From positions 19,852-47,610 of the forward strand of contig JBNAVT010000016.1 in NCBI GenBank assembly GCA_049700215.1: a DNA stretch of 27,759 nt, read 5' to 3'. The notes beneath the pieces were generated by a model. It saw only the letters and a list, made by a program, of their open reading frames with translations. It was not told where the DNA came from and made no database searches. Shown piece after piece: positions 16,969 to 26,655 of this stretch (position 1 is its first letter; every line of letters begins with the position of its first letter). The stretch is from Thermoproteota archaeon. Its GTDB lineage: Archaea; Thermoproteota; EX4484-205; JAAOZP01. The position numbers and the translations under genes were made by a program.

Positions 16969-19305
16969 ATGCCTGTGAAAGCACCCAGCCGGATTATAGA
17001 AACATTTAAAAAACACTATTACATGCTATCCCTGCTTCTGCTCTTCCTATACGCATTGCTTTCCGTCAAGACGATTTTTCTAGAAGGCATGATCCCGGGC
17101 TGGGACAACCCTGTGCACTACGTGAACTCCTACCTCACAGCACTCTACATGTTTCCCAAGCTGGATATTCTAGGCTGGGACCCGTTTAACCAGTTCGGCT
17201 GGGTCTTCAACCTATACTATAACCCAGGCATGAGCATCTTCGTCGCGTCAGTCTACTATTTTTTCCTAGGGCTTATAGACCCTTTAATGGCTTACAAGAT
17301 TGCATTTTTCCTAGCGTATTTCCTACTGGCCCCGGCAGTCTTCATGTTCGTCCACGCCTTAACAGAGGATAAAATCGCACCCGTAGTCGCCTCACTGCTT
17401 TCAATAACAACCTTCACCGAAGAATCCACATGGTTTGACGCGGGCCTTAAGCAAATGTACTACATAGGCATGTGGCCAGAGAGACTGGGCTTAGTCTTCC
17501 TGTTTTTCAGCATAGCCCTCTTGGCTTACTCCTTTAAATCTAAAGAGCTTTCAAAAACCCTGCTTTTCACTGGACTGGGCTCCCTGTTTTTCTCCATGTC
17601 CGTTCTATCTCATGTGATGATGGGGATTTCTGCAGCATTAATCGCTTTCTTACTATGGCTATTTGTCTCCGGCAGAACATTGACTGATCTTTGTTCAGTT
17701 GACAGGCTTAAACCGGTCTTGAAAACGGAGGCCGTTGTCTTGGCGAAGTTTGCATCCATGGGCCTGCTTTCTTTAGGAATGGCTGCTTTCTGGATGGTCC
17801 CGTTGTTTCAAACGATAGGCGCGTATCATAGTTTTCCAGCCGTCACATGGGCTACTGGACCATATATTTTTGGAGAAATATTTGCAAGTATGCCGTGGTA
17901 CTTGCTGGTTTTTTATTGTCTAGGTGCTTTCACACCTGTTTACGCTGGAAAGAGGATCTCCTATTCATCCCTAGCCGCCTCTGCAGTTATCCTTATACTG
18001 CAGTTCCTGAACCTAGTTAACCTGTACGACGGCAACATCGGGCTGAGGCTTATTTTCGCATTCATGGCGTCACTGGTTTTACTGGTTTCTTCCAGGGATC
18101 TCTATGTGCCGTTCCTGCTCGCATCCATATCCATCCTAGGTTTTCTGGCAACAGGCCCGGATACTTATCTTGTTTACTTCGGCCCGTTTAGGCTCGACCT
18201 ACTTAGCCTAATACCTTTCGCAAGGAGCTTCGGCTACTCTAAGTTTAACGCTCCAGTTAGAATTCTAATACTCAGCTTAGCGGCTCTAGGTTTCTCGAAG
18301 GTTTTGAGCAGGCTCTACGCGCTCTCCAAAACAACAAGGTTTCCAGCAGTTTTCTCGATAGTCTCCGGATTACTAGCGTTCTTGATCCTTAACTCTTCGC
18401 TTAGTGCTCAACTGCAGAACACTGATCTCGCCTACCCGTTTTCCAAGGAGAAGGTTTTCAAGCTAACCTCAGACTACCCCGGCTTCGAGAAGGTTGACGA
18501 GCTTATAGGCTGGGTGGAGAACAATGTTCCCAAAGACACCTACATACTGTTTCAGGATACTTTGGATTTCGGCGACAGCAAAGACTTTCAGACGTCGCAC
18601 TATGTCTACATTGCTTCAATAAGGCTAAAAAGACCTATTATCGGGGGTTGTTTCGGGACCCGCTACATAACTAATACCTATGCCCTTACTGAGGGAGGGT
18701 ATCTTCTAAGTTTCTCTGTTGAAAAGCTGATTAAGAACAATCTGATTCAGCGACTGATGGATGAGCTTGGAATCGGTTATATTGCTATCCACGATTCGAG
18801 ACTAATAAATTTCTTAAACTCCTCCGCCGATTTTCGCCTTGAGCACTATAATGGGCTGTACGCAGTTTTTCGGAAAACTAATTCCTCAAAGATAGTTTTC
18901 ATCCAGGGAGATGGGACAGTTGAATCAGTAGATTTCACTATAAATAGAATTCAAGTCACCGTATCCAACGTTTCTGGAAACACTTCGTATCTGATAGTTA
19001 GGCAGGTGAACTTTCCAGGCTTCACTGCTGAGGCGGATGGAGAAATTATCCCGGTAGACACGTACTATCCAAAGCTGCCAAACGTAATAACGGGTTGGCA
19101 TGGAATCCAGCCAGTATTCAACTGGAGGATACCGTTCATTAAGGTGAAAATACCAGCCGGGTCTAATAGGGTAACGCTTAGGTTCAGTATGCATACCGTG
19201 GGAAGCGATGTATCAAAAATAGCCTGGGCAGTGTTTCTCTGTCTTCTGATCTCCGGCATAGCCCTGCCGATAGCTAGGAAGCTACATGGAAAATGGCGAA
19301 AGTAA
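16969..19305 (+). CDS. Polytopic membrane protein of the PTPS-related/YfhO type, putative GT-C fold glycosyltransferase
   Basis: First TM followed by GWDNPVH (acidic residue in the first external loop) and GWDPFNQFGWVFNLYYNPG, many TMs, and YfhO-like C-terminal LIVRQVNFPGFTAEADG with a terminal TM. Confidence 0.75.
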   Translation: MPVKAPSRIIETFKKHYYMLSLLLLFLYALLSVKTIFLEGMIPGWDNPVHYVNSYLTALYMFPKLDILGWDPFNQFGWVFNLYYNPGMSIFVASVYYFFLGLIDPLMAYKIAFFLAYFLLAPAVFMFVHALTEDKIAPVVASLLSITTFTEESTWFDAGLKQMYYIGMWPERLGLVFLFFSIALLAYSFKSKELSKTLLFTGLGSLFFSMSVLSHVMMGISAALIAFLLWLFVSGRTLTDLCSVDRLKPVLKTEAVVLAKFASMGLLSLGMAAFWMVPLFQTIGAYHSFPAVTWATGPYIFGEIFASMPWYLLVFYCLGAFTPVYAGKRISYSSLAASAVILILQFLNLVNLYDGNIGLRLIFAFMASLVLLVSSRDLYVPFLLASISILGFLATGPDTYLVYFGPFRLDLLSLIPFARSFGYSKFNAPVRILILSLAALGFSKVLSRLYALSKTTRFPAVFSIVSGLLAFLILNSSLSAQLQNTDLAYPFSKEKVFKLTSDYPGFEKVDELIGWVENNVPKDTYILFQDTLDFGDSKDFQTSHYVYIASIRLKRPIIGGCFGTRYITNTYALTEGGYLLSFSVEKLIKNNLIQRLMDELGIGYIAIHDSRLINFLNSSADFRLEHYNGLYAVFRKTNSSKIVFIQGDGTVESVDFTINRIQVTVSNVSGNTSYLIVRQVNFPGFTAEADGEIIPVDTYYPKLPNVITGWHGIQPVFNWRIPFIKVKIPAGSNRVTLRFSMHTVGSDVSKIAWAVFLCLLISGIALPIARKLHGKWRK

Positions 19306-20153
19306 ATGATTTTTTAGTGGAAGCAAGGATTCTAGACTGGTATAAGAATCTACTTATACTGCTTGCACCATTCTTCGGCGGAAAGCTTCTACTCCCAGTC
19401 TATTATCCTGGCCTTTTATTAGGATTTCTAGCCCTGTCAGCGACCTCCAGTGCTTGCTACGTGATTAATGATATTAAAGATGCTGCTCAGGATGCTTATC
19501 ATCCTAGGAAAAAACATAGGCCTGTGGCTAGTGGGAAAATGAGTAGGGCTTCAGCGCTAATCTTCTCGATTATCCTACTGGTTTTTTCCCTCTTCATCTC
19601 CTACCGGGTAAGCATCCCCTTTCTAGTACTGTGCATCTCCTTATTCCTAAACTCGATCACCTACACTTTTTTCCTAAGGGATATAGCGTGGTTAGACCTG
19701 CTCAGCATATCTCTTAATTATATCATTAGGTCGCTAGCAGGAGGCGAGATAGTTAATGTGTATATTTCACCATGGCTGTTGATCAGCGTCTTCTATGTTT
19801 CGATGCTCTTTGCATTGTCGAAAAGAAGGGAGGAATTAACCGCTTTAAATAAACCTGAACATCATAGAAAGTCTTTCAAGCATTATGATGTGGCTCTTAT
19901 AGATCAATCGATCACCATATTCTCAACCCTAATAATAATCTCTTATTCTCTCTATACTTTTCACTCGCCGTATGCAGATGGTCTACTGCCTTTCACGATT
20001 CCGATAATAACGCTAATAGTATTGCAATTCATTTCGATTTCGAAAAAAACTGGGGAGGCTGGAATTATAAGAAGACTCCTGTCCAGCAGGATCATAGTTA
20101 TAAGCCTCCTTATCTGGCTTGCAATAATGTTTTACCTAATATATTTAACATAG
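19293..20153 (+). CDS. UbiA-family prenyltransferase, decaprenyl-phosphate phosphoribosyltransferase (Rv3806c-like) subfamily
   Basis: R..DWYKNLLI, YVINDIKDAAQDAYHPRKKHRPVASG and LSKRREEL. Overlaps the upstream gene by 13 bp. Confidence 0.85.
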   Translation: MAKVNDFLVEARILDWYKNLLILLAPFFGGKLLLPVYYPGLLLGFLALSATSSACYVINDIKDAAQDAYHPRKKHRPVASGKMSRASALIFSIILLVFSLFISYRVSIPFLVLCISLFLNSITYTFFLRDIAWLDLLSISLNYIIRSLAGGEIVNVYISPWLLISVFYVSMLFALSKRREELTALNKPEHHRKSFKHYDVALIDQSITIFSTLIIISYSLYTFHSPYADGLLPFTIPIITLIVLQFISISKKTGEAGIIRRLLSSRIIVISLLIWLAIMFYLIYLT

Positions 20154-20212
20154 ACTTTTCAAATAATTGCTTGAAACAAGATTTATTAGTAAAGCGAGAG
20201 GAGTTTATCAGC

Positions 20213-21364
20213 ATGGTCCATCTTTATGAACGGGACTGGGCGAGGGATGATATTCTTAAACGAGTTGGCAGCATGGAGCAGATTGCTGGGGTGAAAATAG
20301 CGGAATTCTCCAACGGTTTTGAACGCGGTGTCAAAGTTGCCGTAGTCAGAAACGGGGACCTGGATTTTCTAGTGGCAATAGACCGAGGTATGGATATAGT
20401 GAATGCAGGGTATAAAGGAGTGCCGTTAAGCTGGATTAGCCCTACCGGGATAGTTGCACCCGGTTTCTACGAGCCGGAAGGACTCGGGTGGCTCCGCGGC
20501 TTCCCAGGTGGGTTAATGACTACCTGCGGCCTAACCTATATGGGTGCACCTACTTTCGACGATGGCGAGAGCCTGGGGCTGCATGGACGCATATCCTACT
20601 CGCCGGCTAATCTGTTGAAAGCCGATTCCTACTGGGAGGGGGAAAATTACAAGATTGTTCTAGAAGGGGAGGCTAGAGAATCAAAGGTGTTTGAGCCAAA
20701 CATCGTATTGAGACGGCGAATAACAACGATCCTAGGGGAGAGACGCATAGCAATACGTGACCTTGTGACGAACCGCGGGTGGAAAACACAGCCTCTGATG
20801 ATACTGTACCATATCAACATAGGTTTCCCCCTGCTGGACGAGGGTGCCAGGTTCTTGTCAACAACCGGCTGCCTCGCCCCGAGAGACCTGGACGCCTTGG
20901 AAGGTGTTGAAGACTTTGCGAGTGTCCATGGGCCAAGGCCCGGCTACAGGGAAAAAGTATACTTTCACAGCATGCTGAGTGATAGCGATGGGAACGCCTA
21001 TGCTGCCATATTGAACCATAGGCTTCTCGGAGGCTTGGGAGTATACGTGAAGTATAGCACTAGAGAACTTCCAAGATTCGTTCAGTGGAAAATGCTTGGC
21101 GAGGGGACATACGTTATGGGCATGGAGCCTGCGAACAGCCTCGTCTTGGGAAGGGACAAGGAGCGAGATTTTAAGACGCTGCAACATATTAAGCCTCAGG
21201 AAACAAGAGAATTCAACATTGAGATAGGCGTTTTAGTGGGAAGTGAACTAGCTATTTTTGAAGAAAGGATAAACAGTGTGACAGGCATGAGGAGGCCTCA
21301 GGTGTTTGAAAACCTGGAAAGCTTCATCGAACTCTCTGCGGCTAAAAAGCAAGGTGGCTTCTAG
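20213..21364 (+). CDS. Aldose 1-epimerase family protein (DUF4432)
   Basis: DRGMDI, GWLRGFPGGLMTTCGL, GLHGRIS, LYHINIGFPL and YVMGMEP. Shine-Dalgarno GAGGAG precedes ATG 20213. Confidence 0.87.
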   Translation: MVHLYERDWARDDILKRVGSMEQIAGVKIAEFSNGFERGVKVAVVRNGDLDFLVAIDRGMDIVNAGYKGVPLSWISPTGIVAPGFYEPEGLGWLRGFPGGLMTTCGLTYMGAPTFDDGESLGLHGRISYSPANLLKADSYWEGENYKIVLEGEARESKVFEPNIVLRRRITTILGERRIAIRDLVTNRGWKTQPLMILYHINIGFPLLDEGARFLSTTGCLAPRDLDALEGVEDFASVHGPRPGYREKVYFHSMLSDSDGNAYAAILNHRLLGGLGVYVKYSTRELPRFVQWKMLGEGTYVMGMEPANSLVLGRDKERDFKTLQHIKPQETREFNIEIGVLVGSELAIFEERINSVTGMRRPQVFENLESFIELSAAKKQGGF

Positions 21365-21367
21365 CAC

Positions 21368-22003
21368 CTATTTCTCAGCCAGTGCTGAAACTATTTCTCT
21401 CGAGAAAGCCTCTATGGCGGCCGGGCCGTTTGCAGTAATAATGTTCCTGTCTCTAATCACGCTTTCGCCAGTGTCTACTTCCGCCCCCTGAGCCTCTAGG
21501 TCACGTATCATATCCTCATCCCGCCAGCACGTTACCCTCACCCCATTGACCAAATCCGCTGCAGCAAGAACCCATGGACCATGGCATATAGCTGCAACAA
21601 TCTTACCCTCGTTAAGGGCCCGAGTCAGAATATTGAAAACAGTTTGGTTTTGCTCGTTGTGGATGATGTTATAAGGCCCATCTCCTCCGGGTATGAAGAT
21701 AACGTGGAAGACAGAAACGTTTACCTCGTTAAAAGTTATTTCCGGGGTGAAGCTTCCACCGTGGCCCGAAACAGTTTTAGTTGAAAAACTTGCGGTAGTG
21801 ATTTCCGCTCCCTCCTTCCTAAGATAATTGACGACACCTATGTATTCAGTGTAGTCGAAACCTTCCGCAATAATGGCTAAGACTTTGACACCTCTTAATT
21901 GTCCCTCGCTAGCCCTTCTTTGGTGCATAGTGTAGAAGTAAGCTCCGGTGATACTCCCAACTGCAATTACCACTATAAGCACGAGTACACGTTGCCCACG
22001 CAT
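21368..22003 (-). CDS. DJ-1/PfpI family protein with an N-terminal membrane anchor
   Basis: AEGFDYTE, IFIPGGDG, nucleophile elbow AAICHGPW and DRNIITANGP, plus a hydrophobic N-terminus VLVLIVVIAVGSITGAYFY. Confidence 0.88.
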   Translation of the reverse strand: MRGQRVLVLIVVIAVGSITGAYFYTMHQRRASEGQLRGVKVLAIIAEGFDYTEYIGVVNYLRKEGAEITTASFSTKTVSGHGGSFTPEITFNEVNVSVFHVIFIPGGDGPYNIIHNEQNQTVFNILTRALNEGKIVAAICHGPWVLAAADLVNGVRVTCWRDEDMIRDLEAQGAEVDTGESVIRDRNIITANGPAAIEAFSREIVSALAEK

Positions 22004-22102
22004 AATACTGTTTTCCAGATGAAAAGTTTTAAAGATTAACCAGAAGCCTTTTTGAGCCTGAACAGATAAACATATGAGTGCCAGCCATTAAACTATGGGG
22101 AG

Positions 22103-24964
22103 ATGAATGAAGCTCCCCTGCCCCAGAAATCCTTGGAACTGCTTCCAAAACCCATTAGGACAGCCATGAAACGTATGGGGATAGAAGAATTAACGGAGCC
22201 CCAGGAGAAAGCTATTCCAGCCATCCTGACCGGGAAAAACATCCTTTTAATAGCTCCGACTGGGAGTGGGAAGACGGAGGCAGCGATCCTGCCGGTTCTG
22301 GGTAAGCTACTCAGCATTAACGATAGAAGGGGGATCTCGCTCCTCTACATCACTCCATTAAGGGCTTTGAATAGGGATATGATGAAAAGAATCGCGAAAT
22401 GGTGCGCCCTACTAGGCTTGTCTGTAGACGTGCGGCATGGGGACACACCGTCATCAACGAGGAGGAAACAGGCTTTAAAGCCCCCCGATATTTTGATAAC
22501 GACTCCTGAGACTCTTCAAGCAATCCTCCCGGGTAGGAGAATGCAGGATAATCTTAAGAGGGTTAAATGGGTTATTATAGACGAGATTCATGAAATAGCT
22601 GAAAGCAAGAGGGGTGTTCAGCTCGCAGTAGCCTTGGAAAGGCTGAGGGAAATCACTGGCCATGATTTTCAGAGGATAGGTCTATCGGCAACCGTCGGAA
22701 CGCCGGAGAAGGTTGGAAGGCTTCTCGCAGGCAGCAAGAGACCGTTTGAAATCCTCAGGATCCCTGTGCCTAAAGGCTACAGGTATTGGATAGAATGGCC
22801 CCAGCCTAATGAGGAGGATTTCGACCTTTCAACTACTCTCTACACTTCTCCCGAGGCTGCCGCGAGAATAAGGACAATAAAGGATCTTTGCGACTCTTAT
22901 ACTTCTACCCTTATCTTCGTAAACAGCAGGCAGGTGGCTGAAATGCTTGCTTTAAGACTGGGACTACTGGATCCTAAAATAGGCATCCACCACGGCTCCC
23001 TGTCGAGAGAGGAGAGGATAAAGATTGAAGACGGTTTCAAAAAAGGCTTGATTAAGGCTATTGTCTGCACTTCAACACTTGAACTTGGCATAGATATTGG
23101 TACTGCCGACCTGGCTATACAGTATCTTTCCCCGCGTCAAGTAGGGCCTTTCATCCAGAGGGTAGGCAGGTCTGGTCACAGGCTTGGATTAACGTCTGAA
23201 GGAGTAATACTAACTGCCTTCGTAGACGACGTGCTCGAATCAATAGCCGTTGTGAACAGGGCACGGAGCGAAAAGGTTGAGCCTACCCGGATACATGAGG
23301 GGGCTCTAGACGTTCTTGCACACCAGCTAGTTGGCCTCTCCCTAGACCATGGGAGCATAAGCATTTCTAAGGCGGTTGAAATAGTGTCGAGAGCATACCC
23401 TTTCCGAAGGCTGGGCGAGCAGGAGTTTCGGAGGGTAGCGGGATTCCTTTCCAAGCTTGGCCTAATAAGGCTGGAAGGAGATAGCATAACGCATACTAGA
23501 AAAGCTAGGAAATATTATTTCTCGAACCTCTCAATGATACCTGACGAGAGAAGATATCCAGTTGTCGACCTTACGTCGAACAGGACGATAGGAATAGTTG
23601 GTGAAGAGTTCGTCATGCTTAGAGCGAGGATAGGACTCCACTTCATCTGCAGAGGAATGGTTTGGAATATTGAGCAGATTTCTGACGACGGAGTGTACGT
23701 GACACCGGTTGAAGACCCTAGAGCCGCCCTACCCGGATGGGATGGCGAGATTCTTCCACTGCCCTACGAACTAGCTAGGGAAGTCGGCAGGCTTCGGAGA
23801 AAAATCAGTGAAAAACTCCGCAGAGGCGAGAATGAGCAAACCGTAAGCTGGCTTTGCAGAGAGTTTCAGATAGATAGTAATGCCGCTAGGAAAATAGTCG
23901 GCGAAATCCGGGAGCATATGGGGATGGGGGCTCCAGTCCCCTCTGACAAACTTATCTTAATAGAGGGTTTCGAAAGGTATTTGATTGTGAATTGCTGCCT
24001 GGGAGAGCTGGCGAACAGAACACTCGGATACATTGTTGACCAGAGGCTTTCCGGAGACGGGCTCATTAGAAACTGGTGGGCAGATGGGTATAGGATCCTG
24101 ATCGAGCTACCGGTTGAGGTATCAGAGTCCAACTTCAAACACCTGGTCGAAAGAGTATTGCCCAGAAGCCCTGAGGAGGTTGAGAGGGATTTCCACGCTA
24201 GAATAAGGGAAAGGTTTCCATTTGGGTATTACATGAAGTTCATCGCTGAAAGGTTCGGTGCGATTGAACGTGGCCTGTCCCTGGGAGAAGAAAAGCTGCT
24301 CGACTTGTACAGCAGGCTCAAGCAGACACCGATACACGATGAAACCATACGGGAAGTTCTTCAAGAGAAGGCTGATGTCGAAACGGTGAAAAAAGTGGTT
24401 TCAGCCATTGGAAACGGGAAAATCAGGGTTGAAACCCGGATCTCAAATGAGAAACCAACTCCAATATCATACCACATACTATACAAGTACGCTGAGATTC
24501 CTGAGATGATCGCACCGGAGCAGGTTCAGGCTGACACGGTGGAGAGAATGAGAAACGCCATAATGCATACTAGTGTCGAGCTTATATGCATGGAATGCGG
24601 GAGGAAGCAGGAGCCGATTCCTATCAGGGATCTTCCGCAGAAGCCAAGCTGCTCCTGTGGCTCAACTCTTCTAGCTTTACTGCCAGGATATAAGGGGTAT
24701 CTTGTGGGAATCGTCAATAAGAGGCTGAACGGCGAGAAACTGTCTGGAGACGAGTCTAGGCTTCTTGCCGACCTAAGGAGGACTGCAGACGTTATTCATT
24801 CTTATGGGAGAAGAGGCGTTATCGCGTTATCCGTCTACGGAATAGGGCCGCAGACTGCTCTAAGAATACTTTCGAAAATGCATTACAGTGAAGATGAGTT
24901 GCTCAGGGATCTTCTGGAAGCAAAGCTGCAATACATAAGGACTAAGCCCTATTGGAAAACTTGA
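22103..24964 (+). CDS. lhr: Lhr-family ATP-dependent SF2 helicase with a C-terminal Zn-ribbon/HhH extension
   Basis: APTGSGKT, YITPLRALNRD, RHGDT, DEIH, LSAT, STLELGIDIG, QRVGRSGH, NLSMIPDE, C-terminal CMEC..CSCGS and GIGPQTA. Confidence 0.93.
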   Translation: MNEAPLPQKSLELLPKPIRTAMKRMGIEELTEPQEKAIPAILTGKNILLIAPTGSGKTEAAILPVLGKLLSINDRRGISLLYITPLRALNRDMMKRIAKWCALLGLSVDVRHGDTPSSTRRKQALKPPDILITTPETLQAILPGRRMQDNLKRVKWVIIDEIHEIAESKRGVQLAVALERLREITGHDFQRIGLSATVGTPEKVGRLLAGSKRPFEILRIPVPKGYRYWIEWPQPNEEDFDLSTTLYTSPEAAARIRTIKDLCDSYTSTLIFVNSRQVAEMLALRLGLLDPKIGIHHGSLSREERIKIEDGFKKGLIKAIVCTSTLELGIDIGTADLAIQYLSPRQVGPFIQRVGRSGHRLGLTSEGVILTAFVDDVLESIAVVNRARSEKVEPTRIHEGALDVLAHQLVGLSLDHGSISISKAVEIVSRAYPFRRLGEQEFRRVAGFLSKLGLIRLEGDSITHTRKARKYYFSNLSMIPDERRYPVVDLTSNRTIGIVGEEFVMLRARIGLHFICRGMVWNIEQISDDGVYVTPVEDPRAALPGWDGEILPLPYELAREVGRLRRKISEKLRRGENEQTVSWLCREFQIDSNAARKIVGEIREHMGMGAPVPSDKLILIEGFERYLIVNCCLGELANRTLGYIVDQRLSGDGLIRNWWADGYRILIELPVEVSESNFKHLVERVLPRSPEEVERDFHARIRERFPFGYYMKFIAERFGAIERGLSLGEEKLLDLYSRLKQTPIHDETIREVLQEKADVETVKKVVSAIGNGKIRVETRISNEKPTPISYHILYKYAEIPEMIAPEQVQADTVERMRNAIMHTSVELICMECGRKQEPIPIRDLPQKPSCSCGSTLLALLPGYKGYLVGIVNKRLNGEKLSGDESRLLADLRRTADVIHSYGRRGVIALSVYGIGPQTALRILSKMHYSEDELLRDLLEAKLQYIRTKPYWKT

Positions 24965-24984
24965 AAAAGCCTCCGTTATTATTT

Positions 24985-25000
24985 GAATGAAAAAAAGAGG
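24985..25000 (-). terminator. Putative oligo-T terminator of the minus-strand gene
   Basis: A7 run at ~24990-24996 (T7 on minus), ~20 nt after the stop at 25015, between convergent genes. Confidence 0.4.
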
Positions 25001-25014
25001 GGAATTAAGGGTTT

Positions 25015-25530
25015 TTAGGGCTTCTCGATTACTGTACGAGTTATTATCTCGATCCTAGTTACTTTACTGTTCTCAACATCCACCCATACAAATGCCATGC
25101 CAGAGTTGTCTTTGCGCAGCGTGAGGATGGCGCTCTTAGCCTTGGCTACAACGCTTCCGTCAGCCTCCACAACAGTTTTTATAATAGGTTGAATACAAGT
25201 TACGTTGTAGCCTTCTGACAACAGATTCTGAACGTCGGAATCGCTCTTAGCTATGTTAACGACATTGTTCTTGAACTCCTCGCTGATCTCTATAGAGCCC
25301 AATCCTCGCTTAAGGCAGCCACGGTATGCTTGAGCCCTACTAAGATTCGCTTCGACCTTAACAGGGCCCCATTGGAAACGGCCCAGCGGGCCACGAAACG
25401 GTAGCCAAGGCAAGGGTGTTTCTGAAGATTCATTGGTCTGCGCAATAACATTTGCCAGGCTAATGTATACGGCTATGCCTAGTAGGAGGATGAATACCGG
25501 CAAAGCTATCTTGAGAGCCTTGGTCATCAT
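25015..25530 (-). CDS. Hypothetical secreted or membrane-anchored protein
   Basis: N-terminal signal/TM KIALPVFILLLGIAVYISLA. ATG at 25530 lies 25 nt downstream of minus-strand TTTATATA (25555-25562). Confidence 0.75.
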   Translation of the reverse strand: MMTKALKIALPVFILLLGIAVYISLANVIAQTNESSETPLPWLPFRGPLGRFQWGPVKVEANLSRAQAYRGCLKRGLGSIEISEEFKNNVVNIAKSDSDVQNLLSEGYNVTCIQPIIKTVVEADGSVVAKAKSAILTLRKDNSGMAFVWVDVENSKVTRIEIITRTVIEKP

Positions 25531-25555
25531 TGCTACTATTGAATATAGTAGCAAT
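25529..25555. promoter_or_regulatory. Perfect 11-5-11 inverted repeat, probable operator
   Basis: ATTGCTACTAT-TGAAT-ATAGTAGCAAT sits between the TATA box and the start codon of the minus-strand gene. Confidence 0.65.
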
Positions 25556-25651
25556 ATATAAATGTTGCGTTCCTCTTAAACATGTATAAAAACCGGTCGG
25601 GCTGGAGACAGGACCATGATAATCTTTTTACCCGGTTTCAACAAGGCTCTT

Positions 25652-26184
25652 CCATAAAAAGGATTGGCCTAGGAGAGTCATACAGGCTCCTGCATCCCAG
25701 ACCAGTGAAGCAAGGAAGGAGGGTTAATATCATAAGCTGCTCCTGGGTTACCACTGTGAGCGACGACCCTCCGCTTATAGCAATGGCCCTATGGGAGAGA
25801 GGGGTATACTCATGTTTTGATAGACGAGACCGGAGAGTTTACGGCAAACATCCCCTCTTCAAAACTACTTAAACAGGTAGCGCGCACTGACAGGTTTGGC
25901 TAGCAGGCACCGGAAGCAGTAGTAAAGCGATAAGGCTAAGCTTCTAAAAGTCAGCTTCATCACCTCTAGCACAATTAAAGCGCCGGAATATAGGAATGCT
26001 TAGGGATCCTTGAATGTAGAGTTAGAGATAGAATGAAATTCTGAGAGCAGATTCTGTATGTTGCTGAAGTCAAAAGGCATGCGCCGAAGAAGGTTTGTTC
26101 AAAAAAGGTGTGTGGAGTAGTGGAGCAGAATTCCCGCTTCATCTTGCTGGCAAAGCCTTCGCAATACCGAAGCCGGTTGATTAA
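25652..26184 (+). pseudogene. Flavin reductase (DIM6/NTAB-like) family pseudogene
   Basis: Fragments across frames: YRLLHPRPV, NIISCSWVTTVSDDPPLIA, YTHVLIDETGEFTANIP, QVWLAGT, DKAKLL..IKAP, ECLGILECRV, in-frame TGA, EQILYVAEV and PLHLAGKAFAIPKPVD*. Several frameshifts; the start position is approximate. Confidence 0.8.
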
Positions 26185-26357
26185 ACGGCAAACCCTGTCA
26201 TTTTTCCCATTTCTTCTAACAATCATTCTTATCTGCTTCCTTTATCAAAATCGTTAACATCGTTCAAAATTTTCTAATAGAATTTGCAATACATGTTCTT
26301 AAAGAAAAAGAAACGATAGGCGCGCGCGAAGCTTCGCGTCACACACTTAGTCGGAGC

Positions 26358-26655
26358 TTTCTATTTTTAGAAAACTCTGAAACACCCTTTTTGACTTCTC
26401 TAAATAAGATGTGAGGCTTTTGTAAACAATACTTATGTTCATTCTTTTTCGGGGCGTCTCACCCGGAATGTTATTCGTAGACAATGCTTATAGAAGCATC
26501 TTGTAGCAATGAAGCGGGCTTAATCATCAAAAGTTATTCGAGGCCGCGCTCTTAAATACAACAATACTAATAGAACGCGGATAGAGGCTTAGGCATAAAA
26601 CCCAGGGAGTCTCCTCAGATCATCCCAATGAGACCTCTTTTCTATTTTTAGAAAA
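26358..26655. repeat. 17-bp exact direct repeat TTTCTATTTTTAGAAAA, itself quasi-palindromic
   Basis: Copies at 26358-26374 and 26639-26655. Related TTTTCTA..AGAA motifs at ~26270-26282 and ~26733-26747. Confidence 0.75.

Noticed and set aside
26040-26045. In-frame TGA as selenocysteine recoding
   Set aside because: It falls at a position normally Gly in a gene with several frameshifts, so a nonsense mutation is simpler.
25582-26226. ORFs 25582-25872 (+) and 25975-26226 (-) as real genes
   Set aside because: Explained as a fragment and the antisense of the flavin-reductase pseudogene.
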